A stretch of 64,000 nucleotides of DNA from Hydrolagus colliei (Eukaryota). The notes beneath the pieces were generated by a model. The model saw nothing but the letters and a program-made list of their open reading frames with translations. It was not told the origin of the DNA and searched no databases. The translations under genes were made by a program, and so were the position numbers. This document shows, piece after piece, positions 1 through 12,058 of the stretch; the stretch's first letter is position 1, and each line of letters starts with the position of its first letter. The DNA is taken from NCBI GenBank assembly GCA_035084275.1, contig CM068752.1:2046001-2110000 (forward strand). The letters run 5' to 3'.

Positions 1-189
1 GAAGGAGGGAAAGAGGAAGTAATGTACCTTTAAACCTCCAAGCAAAACAAGGTAGGCACCAGGATAGTCCAAGCACAAGCAGTGATAGTGGTTTTTAATG
101 TATTTTGAGTGAAAAGAAAAATCTCATGATGGAGTTTGGGACACGATATGTCAAGCAACTGCCAGGATGGTGGAAGGCGAACTAGATTG

Positions 190-519
190 TGGAGCTCCTG
201 TAGCTCAGTGGTTCGAGCACTCGCCTTACAAGCATGAAACGTGAGTTCGAATCCAAACAGGTCAGGGCGAAACCTTGGGCAAGTTTCCATATTCCACAAG
301 CCTAATAATAATAATCCGTCCCCAAAAACTCACACGGATTAAAAATTGGTCATTTCAATCCATGACTATGGGGACGCTGCTGTGCGCAATTGGCTGCCGC
401 GTTTCACCCGCAAATATACAGTCAATTCACTTCACAGTATATTCTGTGAAGCGCTTTGAGACGTCGATGAGATGTGAAAAGCGCTATATCAAACGCAAGG
501 ATTATTATTATTATTATTA
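190..519 (+). mobile_element. Full-length tRNA-derived SINE (dominant family, L2-type tail)
   Basis: A-box TAGCTCAGTGG, B-box GAGTTCGAATCC, body CCTTGGGCAAGTTTCC...GCTGTGCGCAATTGGCTGCC, tail GCGCTATATCAAACGCAAGG(ATT)n; repeated many times in the window. Confidence 0.95.
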
Positions 520-1259
520 GATAGATGGACCTCGGTCTTCTTTGGCCTAGCAAACGCTTATGTTCTTCTGATGTTGTTTGGATTGGAAGGGAAAGAAAAA
601 ATGGCTGAAACCGACGTCAGTTCATTTTATTGTGTCCAGCGACTATGTTTAGAAATGATGGTTGCTGAGTTTTCAACCTAGCCAAGCTTCACAAGGGAGC
701 ACGGTGGTTTGCTTTTAAATTGATGTTGATTTATGAAGTTCTAGTTTCAGCTTCCGCTCAGACGTGCAGTAATTAGAGAATTCTGTATCTGATTAATCTC
801 GAGTGCAAACTGATAACTGGATTTTCGAGACAGCTTCAATCTATTATTTGGTCCACTTCTATTTTTCCGAACGTGTGCAATTCCAAGCCGTGCGAATAAT
901 GCAATCTGCAATTCCTTGATGATGTTTTAATTGGGAAGCTGCATCTAAATTAACATTGAATTTGATGTCTTATTGCTTCAAATTGTACAGTGTTCAACAA
1001 ATACGTGAAATTTCTGAGCCTGTCCGCCCCGCTCAAAAAGTTAATTACATGCAGTTGCCTTTACGTAACGACTTAATGTAAGGTTAGGAGAGTTAGCTAC
1101 AGCTGTGGTGACCTGAATAGTAAGCCAGTATTGTATAAGACCCTGATATTGCAATGTACTCCCAGCCCTAGCAGTGCTAGTCTAGATTGTGAATTCAAAG
1201 CCCCAAAAAGTGGGTTTTGAATCCGGAGTTCAGTCCGCTCTGGGACCCAGCCCTGCATG

Positions 1260-1611
1260 AATAATACTACTAATAATAATCCTTGCATTTTAATATAACG
1301 GCTTTTCACATCTTATCGACGTCTCAAAGCGCTCCATAGAATATACTGTCAAGTGAATCGACTGTATATTTGTGGGCAAAACGCGGCAGCCAATTGTGCA
1401 CAGCAGCGCCCCCCACAAACAGTCAGGGATTGAAAAGACCAAATTTTATTATTGTGGTTCTTTTGGACGGATTATTATTTGGTGTGTGACTGTGTGTGTG
1501 TGTGTGTGGAGTAAGGAAACTTGCCCAAAGTTTTGCCCTGATCAGCCTGGATTCGAACACAGGTCTCACGCTTGTAAGGCGAGTGCTCTAACCACTGAGC
1601 TGCAGGAGCTA
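1260..1611 (-). mobile_element. Full-length SINE (dominant family) with internal (CA)n
   Basis: Reverse-complement match to 190-519 from tail to A-box. Confidence 0.95.
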
Positions 1612-1825
1612 TAGAAGGACACTGTGGAGAGGCAAATTGTTGTTGCTGTATAATCTCTGGTGCAAAGGGGGAAGAGTTTTACCATCTGAGCCAAATTCAT
1701 CCATAGCTGTTAACGGCACATTAAAATGCCACGCTTGCCTAAAATACACAGTCATTACACATTGTAGTAAATCCTGTGAAGCACTTGGAGGCATTTTAGT
1801 TCTGTGATAGCGGCATTTGATATAT

Positions 1826-2030
1826 CATAGAATCATAGAATTTTACGGCACAAAAGGAGGCCATTCGGCCCATCTAGTCTGTGCCGGCTCTTTGAAAAGA
1901 GCAACTGAATCCCACTGCCTAGCTCTCTCCCCATAACCTCACAGACCTGTTCTCCTTAAATAAAATCGAATTCTCTTTTAAAAGCTGTTATCGAATCGGC
2001 CTTTTCAGGCAATGTATTCCAAATGCACAA
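1826..2030 (-). mobile_element. CR1 LINE 3' end fragment
   Basis: CATAGAATCATAGAAT is the reverse of the (ATTCTATG)n CR1 terminal octamer, followed by GGCCATTCGGCCCATC; sister copy at 28391. Confidence 0.85.
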
Positions 2031-2090
2031 ACTATTCTTCTTATTATTTATTATTATTGTGATGACCAAAATTGCTAGATCTTGTGTGAC

Positions 2091-2176
2091 CGAAGGCACA
2101 GTCGAAAAGGAGGGTTTTGTGACGGTTCTTCGGGTGGGGCAAGTGGTGGAGGGAACGTGGTATGGAATTCCAGAGA
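2091..2176 (-). mobile_element. L2 LINE fragment
   Basis: GGCACAGTCGAAAAGGAGGGTTTT...GGAATTCCA matches the reverse of the WNS...KTFLFD region of the L2 at 43987. Confidence 0.6.
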
Positions 2177-2940
2177 AATGTATTCAAACCTAGAGGAGCG
2201 TGGAAGGTGTGGGAATCCATCAGAGCATCGAGTTAGCAGTGATGCTAATTTTACTAAATTATTTCTGAACACACATTTCAGCATTTGGCGATTTCATTAT
2301 GTAAAGAGTCTAATCTGTTTGATTATGAATATTAATCCAATAATTTTCACCGGCTTGTCGGTGTATACGTTGACATGTTTGGGAGATGACAATTAAATTT
2401 AAAAAAAACACATTTGCTTTTGGTCATTGACATCATTATCTCTTACCTCCCTCAAGCCTCAAGATAATGTTTTTTTTATCCCCCTCCCACCCAAAAAAAA
2501 GTATATAAAAATCGGTCAATGTTCAAAATATTTTCCCCCCAATGTTATGAAGAATTTGATGAATTGCCATTTCTTAACCCATGCGTTTATGTGGCCTGAT
2601 CCTTCTGAGTGCCATTTAGTCTCCTTTATATTTATCACCTAATTTTGCGTGTACACAACAAATGAACTGAATAAATACACTTAGGCTTCTAAATAAATCA
2701 AAGCGTGCATCTATTCCATCTGCTCTCTCTATGTCTTTTCTTGCAGCTGTGCATCTGAATTCAATTCTTTCACTAACTTTAATGTTGAGCAGGGTTATAT
2801 TTTGAGATCACAAGAGGGATAATCTCACATCTTTTAATATTTTTGGAGTATGAGATAGTAATAATGTATATATTGTGGCTTTCCCACGCTCTCCTCTGTT
2901 TCACGTTGACACAATGCCTTGCAATAAAAATCCTGATATA

Positions 2941-3020
2941 CATAAAGATATAGAAACAGGAGTTGATCGTTCAGTCACTGAAGCCTGTTCCGCCATTCTA
3001 TAAGATCAGGGCTGGTCTGT
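2941..3020 (-). mobile_element. CR1 3' UTR fragment
   Basis: AGCCTGTTCCGCCATTCTATAAGATCAGGGCTG matches the reverse of the CR1 3' ends at 35100 and 49240. Confidence 0.7.
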
Positions 3021-3190
3021 AATAATAATAATAATAATAATCCTTGCATTTGATATAGTGCTTTTCATGCCTTCTAGACGTCTCAAAGCTCTTCACAGAA
3101 AATATTGTAAAGTGAAAATTGACTGTATATTTTGTGGGCGAAAAATACAATCCCCACAAACAGTCGTGGATTGAAATGAGCAATTTGTCT
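3021..3190 (-). mobile_element. SINE 3' half
   Basis: (AAT)n CCTTGCATTTGATATAG... tail and body. Confidence 0.9.
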
Positions 3191-3539
3191 TTGAGGAATT
3201 AGTATTATTATTATTATTATTATCACCTCAAGTCCAAATACCACCCCATCGCTAATTACTTTTAGTAGATTTCCTGCTGTGTTTACACATTAGCTCCGTG
3301 TAACATTCATTAATTCCACAATCTATGAATCTACCAGGTTAAGTAGAATAGTGTGAAACAACTTAATTATTTAGAGAATATTCCATCAATTTTGTTGGCA
3401 TTTTTCCAAGATATTCAATATACAGTACTGTAATACACGCAGATTTTATACAAGAATGAATTTAAAGATAAAGTAGAAGTGGATTGGAAGGAATTATTCT
3501 GAAAAACAATCATCCTAAAATCACTTTTGTTAAAGGTCG

Positions 3540-3655
3540 GGCATTTCGGCCACAAATATATATTGTGAGAAGCTCTTTGTGACGTCTCAATGCTGTGATA
3601 ACGTGATATATCAAATGGAAGGATTATTCTCATCATCATTATTATTATTATTACT
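3540..3655 (+). mobile_element. SINE 3' tail fragment
   Basis: Degenerate GCTCTTTGTGACGTCTC...ATATCAAATGGAAGGATTATT. Confidence 0.7.
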
Positions 3656-4379
3656 GAGTCTGTATTAAATTATAATTATTTTGAAGTTTAACTTTTGAAA
3701 GGGAGAGTGACGATATGTTAAATAAAAGATGACAACATGGATACGTTGTGGTTTTAAAGATTAGGAAATGGGCTCGATAAAATATTCTGGCGGTTACACA
3801 AGTGATTAAGCCATCAGAAAGAGCACACACACTACATTAAATCAGCTTTAATCAAACCGACGTTCTCTGTCTTTGGGGATAAGCGCTGCTTTGTTCTGAG
3901 GAAATTGCCCTTAAGGAGTGTTCCTTAATATTGAACCTGACGAGATGAAATGACATCTCCGCAGAAGGAGGCAGTCTGACAACAAGGTTTAAACCTCTTG
4001 ACGCGCGTCTACATACAGAGCATCTGAACGAACAATTGGCCTCCATATGTAAGTGAAGCCACTGGAAGGAAAAACCGAAACTCGCTTTAAAAATAAGCAC
4101 TCGAAGATAAATAAATAATTTGCAATCCGGTTAAATGATCGAATTAGCTTTCTGAGGTCAATTATTAACCTCTCGCTGATAAAACAGCTGCAGTAAATGC
4201 TCCCGATCATATAGTTACTGCCTTGCTCCTTCTTTTCATCTCACCTCTCTCCCTCTTTTCTCTCTCTCTCTCTCTCTCCCGCCATCCTTTTCTCACCCCT
4301 CTTCCACCTCTCCCCTCCGTCTTCTCCTCCTCCTACCTTCCTTCTCTCATGAAGTGAGTGACCAATTTTATTTGGGCGA

Positions 4380-4452
4380 TGGTTAACCAGGATACAGAGA
4401 GAAACTCCCTTCATTTTTCCACAGGATCTATAATATCCACCTGAACAGACAG
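4380..4452 (-). mobile_element. DeuSINE-like central-domain relic
   Basis: CCAGGATACAGAGAGAAACTCCCTTC...ATCCACCTGAACAGACAGA resembles 36645-36670 and the reverse of 50300-50370. Confidence 0.45.
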
Positions 4453-4589
4453 ATACTAATCAAATGTGTAAAGTGAATTTCAATCTCATACACAGTTACT
4501 GCACTTTCCAGTGTATCCTGTGAAAGGGTTTGAAACTTTTTAACATGTACCGGTATCTAATTCATACAGTACAGCTACAGTCATTACAT

Positions 4590-4937
4590 TGGAAGTGCTG
4601 TAGTTCAGTGGTTAGAGAGCTCGCCTTGTCTCAAACCCAGAGTGACAGACCTGGGTTTGATTCCAGGCCAGGACGGAACCTTGGGCAAGCTTCCTTACTA
4701 CACACGCACATACACTTCTAATAATAATCCGTCCTCAAAAAGCCCACGATAATAAAAATTGATCATTTCAATCCACGACTGTTTGTGGGGGACGCTGCTG
4801 TGCGCAACTGGCTGCTGCGTTTCGCCCACAAATGTACAGTCAATTCACTTTACAGTATATTCTGTGACGTGCTTTGAGAACGGTAAAATGTGAAAAGCAC
4901 TTCATCCAAATGAAAGGATTATTATTATTATTATATA
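4590..4937 (+). mobile_element. Full-length SINE
   Basis: A/B boxes, body and (ATT)n tail. Confidence 0.92.
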
Positions 4938-5465
4938 ATCCATGAGCATTTGTGTCCTATTCAGTTGCAAGGGGAATCTGCTCATCTCACATAAAGTACA
5001 GATTTTTGTTTTTTTACCAGTATCAATGTGACGATGGAGTAATAATTTTGCTGGCAAACCCTCAAACTGTTGAAGTAGATTTTTTTTTTGTCTTTTCTTA
5101 TTTTATTTTAAAAAAAGACCACAGTCGAAAAGCAGACTCGGAAATGCATGGAAATGAATAATGATTAGTTTAAGGCAAAGTAAATTGCGTTTATTTTATT
5201 CTGCTGGGACTTTCAGGCTTCCGTTTTGGGAGTTCCATCTTCGTGAACTTTAAACACAGACGAATGGCTCAGAGGCTGAGAATGTTGCTTTCGTGCGGAG
5301 CAGTCGGGCTCTCTGGTCCGTGAGGTTTGATGCATATTAAGTTCTTATCTCAATCGTGGTATTGTCTGGAGGCACAGGGTAAAGCTCACGGTTTCTCTCC
5401 GGAAAGGTTTAGGAAACACAATTGAGTAGTTTCCCAGGCCACCACCTCCTTTATGAGTAGCTTTG

Positions 5466-5650
5466 TAGAGCTCCTGTAGCTCAGTGGTTAGAGCGCTCGC
5501 CTTGCAAGCGAGAGCTGGGTTCGATTCCAGGCAGGTCAGCGCGAAACCTTGGGCAAGTTTCCTTACCCCATACGCTTGATAAAAATCCCTCGAATAGTAA
5601 TAAATTGGTCATTTCAGTCCACGACTGTTTGTGTGATACTGCTGTGCGCA
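5466..5650 (+). mobile_element. SINE 5' two-thirds (tail missing)
   Basis: CTCCTGTAGCTCAGTGGTTAGAGCG...GGTTCGATTCC; ends at GCTGTGCGCA against an antiparallel copy. Confidence 0.92.
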
Positions 5651-5654
5651 TGTA

Positions 5655-5875
5655 CTCTTTGTATGTGATATAGCGCTTTTCACGTCTTCTAAACGTCTCA
5701 AAGCGCTTCACAGAATATACTGTAAAGTGAATTGACTGTATATTTGTGGGTGAAACGCGGCAGCCAATTGCGCGCAGCAGCGTTCCCCCACAAACAGCCG
5801 TGGATTGAAATGACCAATTTTATTATTGTGTTTTTTTTTGAGAGAGATTATCATTAGGCACGCGCGTGCGTGTGC

Positions 5876-5906
<31 letters not shown>

Positions 5907-6008
5907 GAGTAAGGAAACTTGCCCAAGGTTTCGCCCTGACCTGCCTGGATTCGAACAGGGGTCTCACACTTGTAAGGCGAGCGCTCTAACCACTGAGCTA
6001 CGGGAGTG
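5655..6008 (-). mobile_element. Near full-length SINE with (CA)n
   Basis: Reverse-complement match to the family. Confidence 0.93.
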
Positions 6009-7252
6009 GCCAGAATCGGAGCGGTTGAAGTTGACCGCAGAGACAGTGGGGGGGGGCTTTGAACAAATCCATGCAATACAGTACCATAATCCTTGCATTT
6101 GATGTAACACTTTATCACATCGGTGAGATGTCTCGCTGGGCTTTAGGTGGTTTTGCTTGTTTGTTTTTTTTGCCAGCTGGTGACAAATGGAACGGCCATT
6201 CAGTAATCTGGAACAAACCACTAAAACTATTCCCTCCGCGGTTAAGGATAGGAAATAATTAATGTGCATTGCGCTTGCACCTTACACACGCAGACCGGGT
6301 GAATCGCTGTTGTTGAATAGAAGGAAATCCATCTTGCTTCTGGCCTACATTTACATCTGAGAACGTTTGAGTTGGCTGGCTCTCTGGACACCTCCCATTC
6401 ATCAGTATCTTCACTCCGACGCAGAAGAAGAAGAAAAAAAAGTCAATCACTTTTTTTCTCTATCTCTCTCTCTCTCTCGTTCTCCGAAAACGGCAGTTTA
6501 AATGCATAGCTCTGAGCCATTCAATATCCATTTAGAAAACTTGAAACGAGTCACCTCACCGATGTCTGTTTCTGGGAATATATTTTTTTTAACAGACGTT
6601 TAAATCAACGTGACTTTAATCACGTCTTAATCTGGAGATGTAAAAAAAAAAAGGCAGCGTGTTATATTTCCATAATCAATACTTGGTGCATTTGGCTGCG
6701 TAGCCCATCACATCTAACCCTCGATTTATAATGCATGCTAAGACGTCCTTATGTAATGGGTTGCTTGTGAATATACTGCCTGCTGGCAGATGCTTGGCAG
6801 ACACGCACAGACTTGTGATACAAAAACCGCACACTGAATAGTAATGACCGGAGAGATACCAGGCACCCAATCTCATCATTAGAGGGGAGCGAAAGTTGCA
6901 TATAAATGTTCAATTGAGCAATTATGCAAAATAAAACAGATTCCAAATGTGCCATTATCAAAAAGGTGCCTGTGGAAATTAGAGGACGGCATCCGCGAGT
7001 GTAATTACCTTTATGTTTTACTTTCCTTTTCACATAAAGATATATAATTCTCAACAGTATCACTGGGATTAAATAGATTGTTTTTTACCCACAGAGAATT
7101 CAGGCTTCGCTTGTTTCTCCGTGCCACCACAGGAACAAGATTGCGAGTTATAAAGATACATTGACCGCCTCTGCCATTACTTCTCCCCCTGGGCCGCTGA
7201 GATCCTCATCCACATCTTTATCACGTCCAGACTAGATTGTGCCTCGTTGCTC

Positions 7253-7595
7253 CTGGAGTCCTATGGCTCAATGGTTGGAGCACTCGCCTCACAAGTGAGA
7301 GGACCCGGGTTCGATTCCCTGGCAAGTTTCCTTACTCCACCACAACTCCACCAGCACTAAGTAGGAATGCGGATGTTAGTTGATTGGCGGATTCGCTTTT
7401 TTGCTTCGAGAGAAATAAAAATATATTTGCTCGCTCAATCCAAGGCTATCTGCGGCACGCCCGCTGTGCGCAATCAGCCGCCACATTTTGCGCACGGCGT
7501 ATACAGTCAATTCACTTTACAGTGTATTCTGTGCAGTGCTTTGAGGCGTCTCGAAGACGTGATAAGCCGCTGTATCGAAGGCAAGGAATGTTATC
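7253..7595 (+). mobile_element. SINE, long (older) subfamily
   Basis: tRNA head, extra TAAGTAGGAA...GTTAGTTGATTGGCGGAT segment, diverged tail. Confidence 0.85.
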
Positions 7596-7795
7596 CCTGC
7601 TCAGCCTCGCTGGCTCCCCCCGTTCCCCCGCGCATCCAATTCAAACTTCCCGTCCTCACTTTCAAATCCATCAATATCCTCGCTCCACCCAACCTCGGCG
7701 GCCTCCTGCAAAAGGTGTGCAATGGTCACTCCTACTGCTCGACAAACATTGGGGCGCTTCACATCCACTGGTGGATCCATCCTCACCTTCGCGAG

Positions 7796-7956
7796 TGAGG
7801 TTGATAGACATTTGTTTAGGTCAGGGTATTAAGCGACGTTGGGAGAAAGTGGGGAAATTGAAATCGTAAGGATTGATTGAGGTACAGATCAGCCATGATC
7901 TCATCAAATGGTGGAACGGGCTTGAAGGGCTGACTGTTCCTCCTCCTGTTCCTATA
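7796..7956 (+). mobile_element. CR1 3' end
   Basis: GAGGTTGATAGA...AGATCAGCCATGATCTC...CTCCTGTTCCTAT. Confidence 0.8.
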
Positions 7957-8499
7957 AACCTGTCACCCATTGGTGCCTTGAGTGTCAGCCTTTCCGCGCC
8001 TGCTTTCTGGAACTTAGCCCCTGTCTCCCCCACCTTCAAAAATCATCTTAACATCTCACTCCGCAACCACAGTGTCAGTCAGCATTCCCCCCCATCTCCA
8101 CCCACCCCACCCCCACCTCCAAGCTCAGCTGTGTGATGTGAAGCTCTTTGAGATGTCCTTCCTTTGGCGAAAGATGCAATATAAATGTAGATTGTGTTAC
8201 AGGAGTAAGTGTGGTTATGGATGGCTGAAAGCTCTAGAGAGACTTACACTTCCTGAATTATTGATACCCAGAGACCGTCACACCAAGGAAGACGTGGTCA
8301 AGGATACATAATGTAAAGTTAATGTGGATACTGAAATATTCCTTAGTTTATGCTTTGGGTGAGGGAGATTACCATGGAATAGATGGGTTGCCTGGAGTAG
8401 AGTACATGGTAGGTGAACATTGTGTATGGTTTGTGGCAGTGAGACATTGATTGATTCATTCATTGATTGGTTTGTTTATGTATTTATTTATTTATTTGG

Positions 8500-8613
8500 T
8501 CTGCCCACAAAATATACAGTGAATTCACTTTACTGTATATTCTGTGAGGGGCTTTGAGGCATCTTGAAGACGCGATAAGCCGCAGTAACAAATGCAAGGA
8601 TTATTATTATTAT
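8500..8613 (+). mobile_element. SINE 3' tail fragment
   Basis: CCCACAAAATATACAGTGAATTCAC...AAATGCAAGGATTATTA. Confidence 0.85.
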
Positions 8614-9649
8614 TTGATGGGGCAAACATCTATTTCGCTTCTCACGCTTATGCTGGAATAATTCTGTCATCCTTCACTCACAGTTTTCTCCACCTCCCCA
8701 CCTGCCCAACCACGTACCGTGATGCATTCTCCTGCTCTTATTTACCATTCTACGGTGAAACCCCCGCCTTACGTTCCCATTTCCTAACTGAGATTCCCTT
8801 CCCTTGTCTCCTTCGTGAGCCGTCTCAAGACCCTCCCGTTTCGACTGTGCCTCTGGTCACCCTCCTATCCCTCCCCTCCCCACCCTCCACCCCTTCTGAT
8901 TCCCAATCACCAGCTTGTTTTCAGATCCCTGACTTGCTATAGAAGTGCTATCAAAATGTAGTTTGTTGTTGTTGGAAGCTAAAACGTCTGTTGTTTGGGT
9001 TATCGATTTGTTCCTGTTAGTTTGTATTGGCATTTTTAACACAATATCGAACTGATTATTTTACTATAGTAGTTTAATTCAACTTCCTTCAAATAGACTA
9101 TTGGTAAAGCAACAAACCTTTGGGACTTCTTGCTCATTACTGTATTGCCTAAATGTACACTCAATAAATCAGGGAGTGTTTTAGCTTGTTTGCCTTTACT
9201 TCCATTCTGATCTAGGCGAAGCGAAAATTGAAGCTAAATGTTTGTTGCAGTTTTTGCACGGTGTTAAAATCCGAGGTAGTTGTTCTGCATGTCACATCAT
9301 GCCATCTGCCCACAGCAGAAAAAAACAGATGTTGAGGGTATAAAAGAACAGGTGTTTTCCTCCGAGTTGTCATTTTGCATTTACTCAAAGTGCTTTGGCT
9401 AATTCTTGATGTTTCAGAAATAATGACTCTTTGTCCCCGTGTTGAGATAATGCCGTGGTTTTTGTCCTTTCAATCCCACTCGGAATTGTGTTCGTCAAAT
9501 CGAATGTTCTGTAACATTTTCACCAGGCTCCTCACAAATGCTGGATTTCACTCAGAGATGTGTGTCTCTAAATGAATAGAGAAATCACACTCAGACCTGC
9601 TGCAAATCAGCCCCGTCACTCCATAATAATAGTGGGTAGACCTTCAGTC

Positions 9650-9914
9650 ATAATAATAATTCTAAGAATCTTCGCATTTGATATCGCGCTTTTCACATCT
9701 TATCGACGTCTCAAAGCGCTTCACAGAATAGACTGTGAAGTGAATTGACTGTATATTTGTGGGCGAAACGCGGCAGCCAATTGCGCACAGCAGCGTCCCC
9801 CCCACAAACAGTCATGGATTGAAATGACCAATTTATTTGGGGGATTATTATTAAGCATGTGGAGTAAGAAAACTTGCCCAAGCATTCATCCTGCCGGGTA
9901 TCAAACCCTGGGTC
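9650..9914 (-). mobile_element. SINE, 5'-truncated within the head
   Basis: Reverse match from tail to B-box region. Confidence 0.9.
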
Positions 9915-12058
9915 ACCACTCCAGCCATCTCCTGACTTGTTTGGGTCTCTATTCTATATAGCTCTACATCAAATGTAAGACTCATTATCATCATCATTGT
10001 AAAGCACTTTGAGATGTTATTCTAAACGAAAGGCAAATTCATGTTACTGTCTAATTTACCTGATAAGTAAAATAGCACCAGATTTGTTGAAGTTTTATAA
10101 CGTTACAGTGATATATATATATATATCTATATATATATATATATTTAGTGATCCATATAAGTTAGACTCTATGTCTTCACGTTTATTGTTTCTAACCTAT
10201 TTCGAACCTTTTCTAGTCATTCTGACCATTCTTCCCATTTTCTTTCTAATTAAGTTAACTATCATAGTATAATTACTATGGATGAGGATCTCTTCTGCGG
10301 AATCACTGGCTCAACACACACAACTTGGGCTTTATTGATTCGCGCCTGATTCAGTCCTGGAGCGTTTACCTACTGATCCAGCAAATATAACTCGGTTCAT
10401 TATAAGCAACATTGAACTGTTGGACGTTGAGAGTAAGGAAGATGGGATCACGTTTCTGATTCTTTGTTCGCTTCAATCAGCGAAAAATGAGTGCAACAAA
10501 CCAAGAGGTTTTTTTTTTAGCAGAAAAATGCTGACTGTTAACTGGGGTGATTGTTAAATTAGCTAGAGTTGTTGTTTTTGGCAGGATGGGCTAGCTGGAC
10601 TACGCTGCTCATGATGACACCTCAAAGCCAAAGTTTCGGGACGTCCTCCCGACGTGAAAGTGCAATTTTGTTGTTGTTGTTTTATTTGTGACCCAACTTA
10701 CAGTGCGGGTATATCTGCCGCCAACTCAATGTTGCTTTTGATATCATCTCCACAGAGTCCAAAGGCAATATGGAACAGTGAGGCTCATAATAATAACAAC
10801 AACAACAACTCTTCACTCAGGGTAGTGTCTCGGAGCGTTCAGTGTACTTTTCAAGATTCCTTTTCAGTGACTTGAATCGATCGAGTGCGTTGAATTCTGA
10901 TATCCTACTACGGATTTGCTTGTACGACAAAAAATAAATGTTCAGAAAGCTTTTTGTTTTGTGGTGGTGGTGGTGGGAGGAGGTCTCAAACTAACGAACC
11001 AGCCCTGCCGATAAATCTGCTAAAATTCACCAGTGACTAATATACTAATGAGATAATATAGCACGTTTACCCAAATGTCACACAGTCTGCTGTGTGTGTG
11101 TGTCCAGATCAGACAGGTGGTAGCACACGGACACACTATTAAAAGACTGCCTACCAGTGAACACACAGTGTGTCCACTCGACCGCACACACACACACATA
11201 TCCCTCACCTGCTAGACTTACAGAAAACCAAGCATTACAGAAAACCATAAAACTGCCAGAAAGATTTATGATTACCTGTAATCTAATCTCAAATGAGATA
11301 ATTGCTCAATGTCTAATTTCTAGCTGCGTTGCATAAAGTGGACTCATAATTTACAGTTTGGTTGGGCGCAACTATTTGCTTGCATAGTTTGGTTCTGTTA
11401 TAATTGGCAAATACACAGACTTTTCTGGGGAAGTTCGTACAGCAGTCTCCACTCTCGTTGTGTCTATGTGCCTTCAGTGCAAATTGGTGTGCGTTGCAGT
11501 ACATCAGAAGGTTTGGCACCAAATTAATTATTAAGTACAATGCCCGAAACTGTTTCCTACCAGAGGGGAACGAGAGAAATAATGGCTCTTTCTTTAAGAT
11601 TGAGTAGTCAGGTCTGGCAAATCGAGGCAAGTCATTCTATGGCCATACTAACTATGGCCTGTAATATAAAATAATAATTTAGGTCACAACTTTGGGTAAT
11701 TAGGTCATGAATGTATGAATAACATTGGGAAATACAGTATCAATAAAAGTTATTCAGTTTTACATCCAATTAAGAGATTTTTCCACTCTCCCAGGAGGAA
11801 GGAAGGTTAGGAAATTAGGAGGAAGGAACAAAGAACTGCAGGAGAAAATTGTGGTCACAAGTATATTTTTTGTAGAGTTATTCTCATCTCTTCGTCTCCA
11901 TTTCCAGCATCCCTAGAGCACCTCTGACTTGCTTCCTCCCTCATGCCATTCGAGGTCTATCTCAAAGCATATCTTTCTGCTTGTGTTTTCGGTCATCTTT
12001 CCCCTCCCAACCTTCTTCAGGTTCCATCAGCAGCCTCTCAGGTATCCAGCTAGCAGTG

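Larger units (their letters stand above)
7160..8190 (+). mobile_element. Old L2 ORF2/3' fragment interrupted by a SINE and a CR1
   Basis: Pieces read AEILIHIFITSRLD (~7195-7238), RIQFKLPVLTFKSI (~7630-7672), APAFWN (~7995) and end in an L2-type tail at ~8135-8190; collinear with the L2 at 43987. Confidence 0.8.

Noticed and set aside
190-270. tRNA genes at SINE heads
   Set aside because: Each head continues into SINE body and tail, and most have defective acceptor or T stems; these are SINE promoters, not tRNA genes.
2725-2750. Other pyrimidine tract plus CAG acceptors (2745, 43216, 61441, 63020)
   Set aside because: No convincing nearby donor with an open, plausible exon was found.
8640-8940. 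C/T-rich tract as a Penelope-like or L2 remnant
   Set aside because: Composition suggests an old retroelement but no diagnostic motif could be read reliably.
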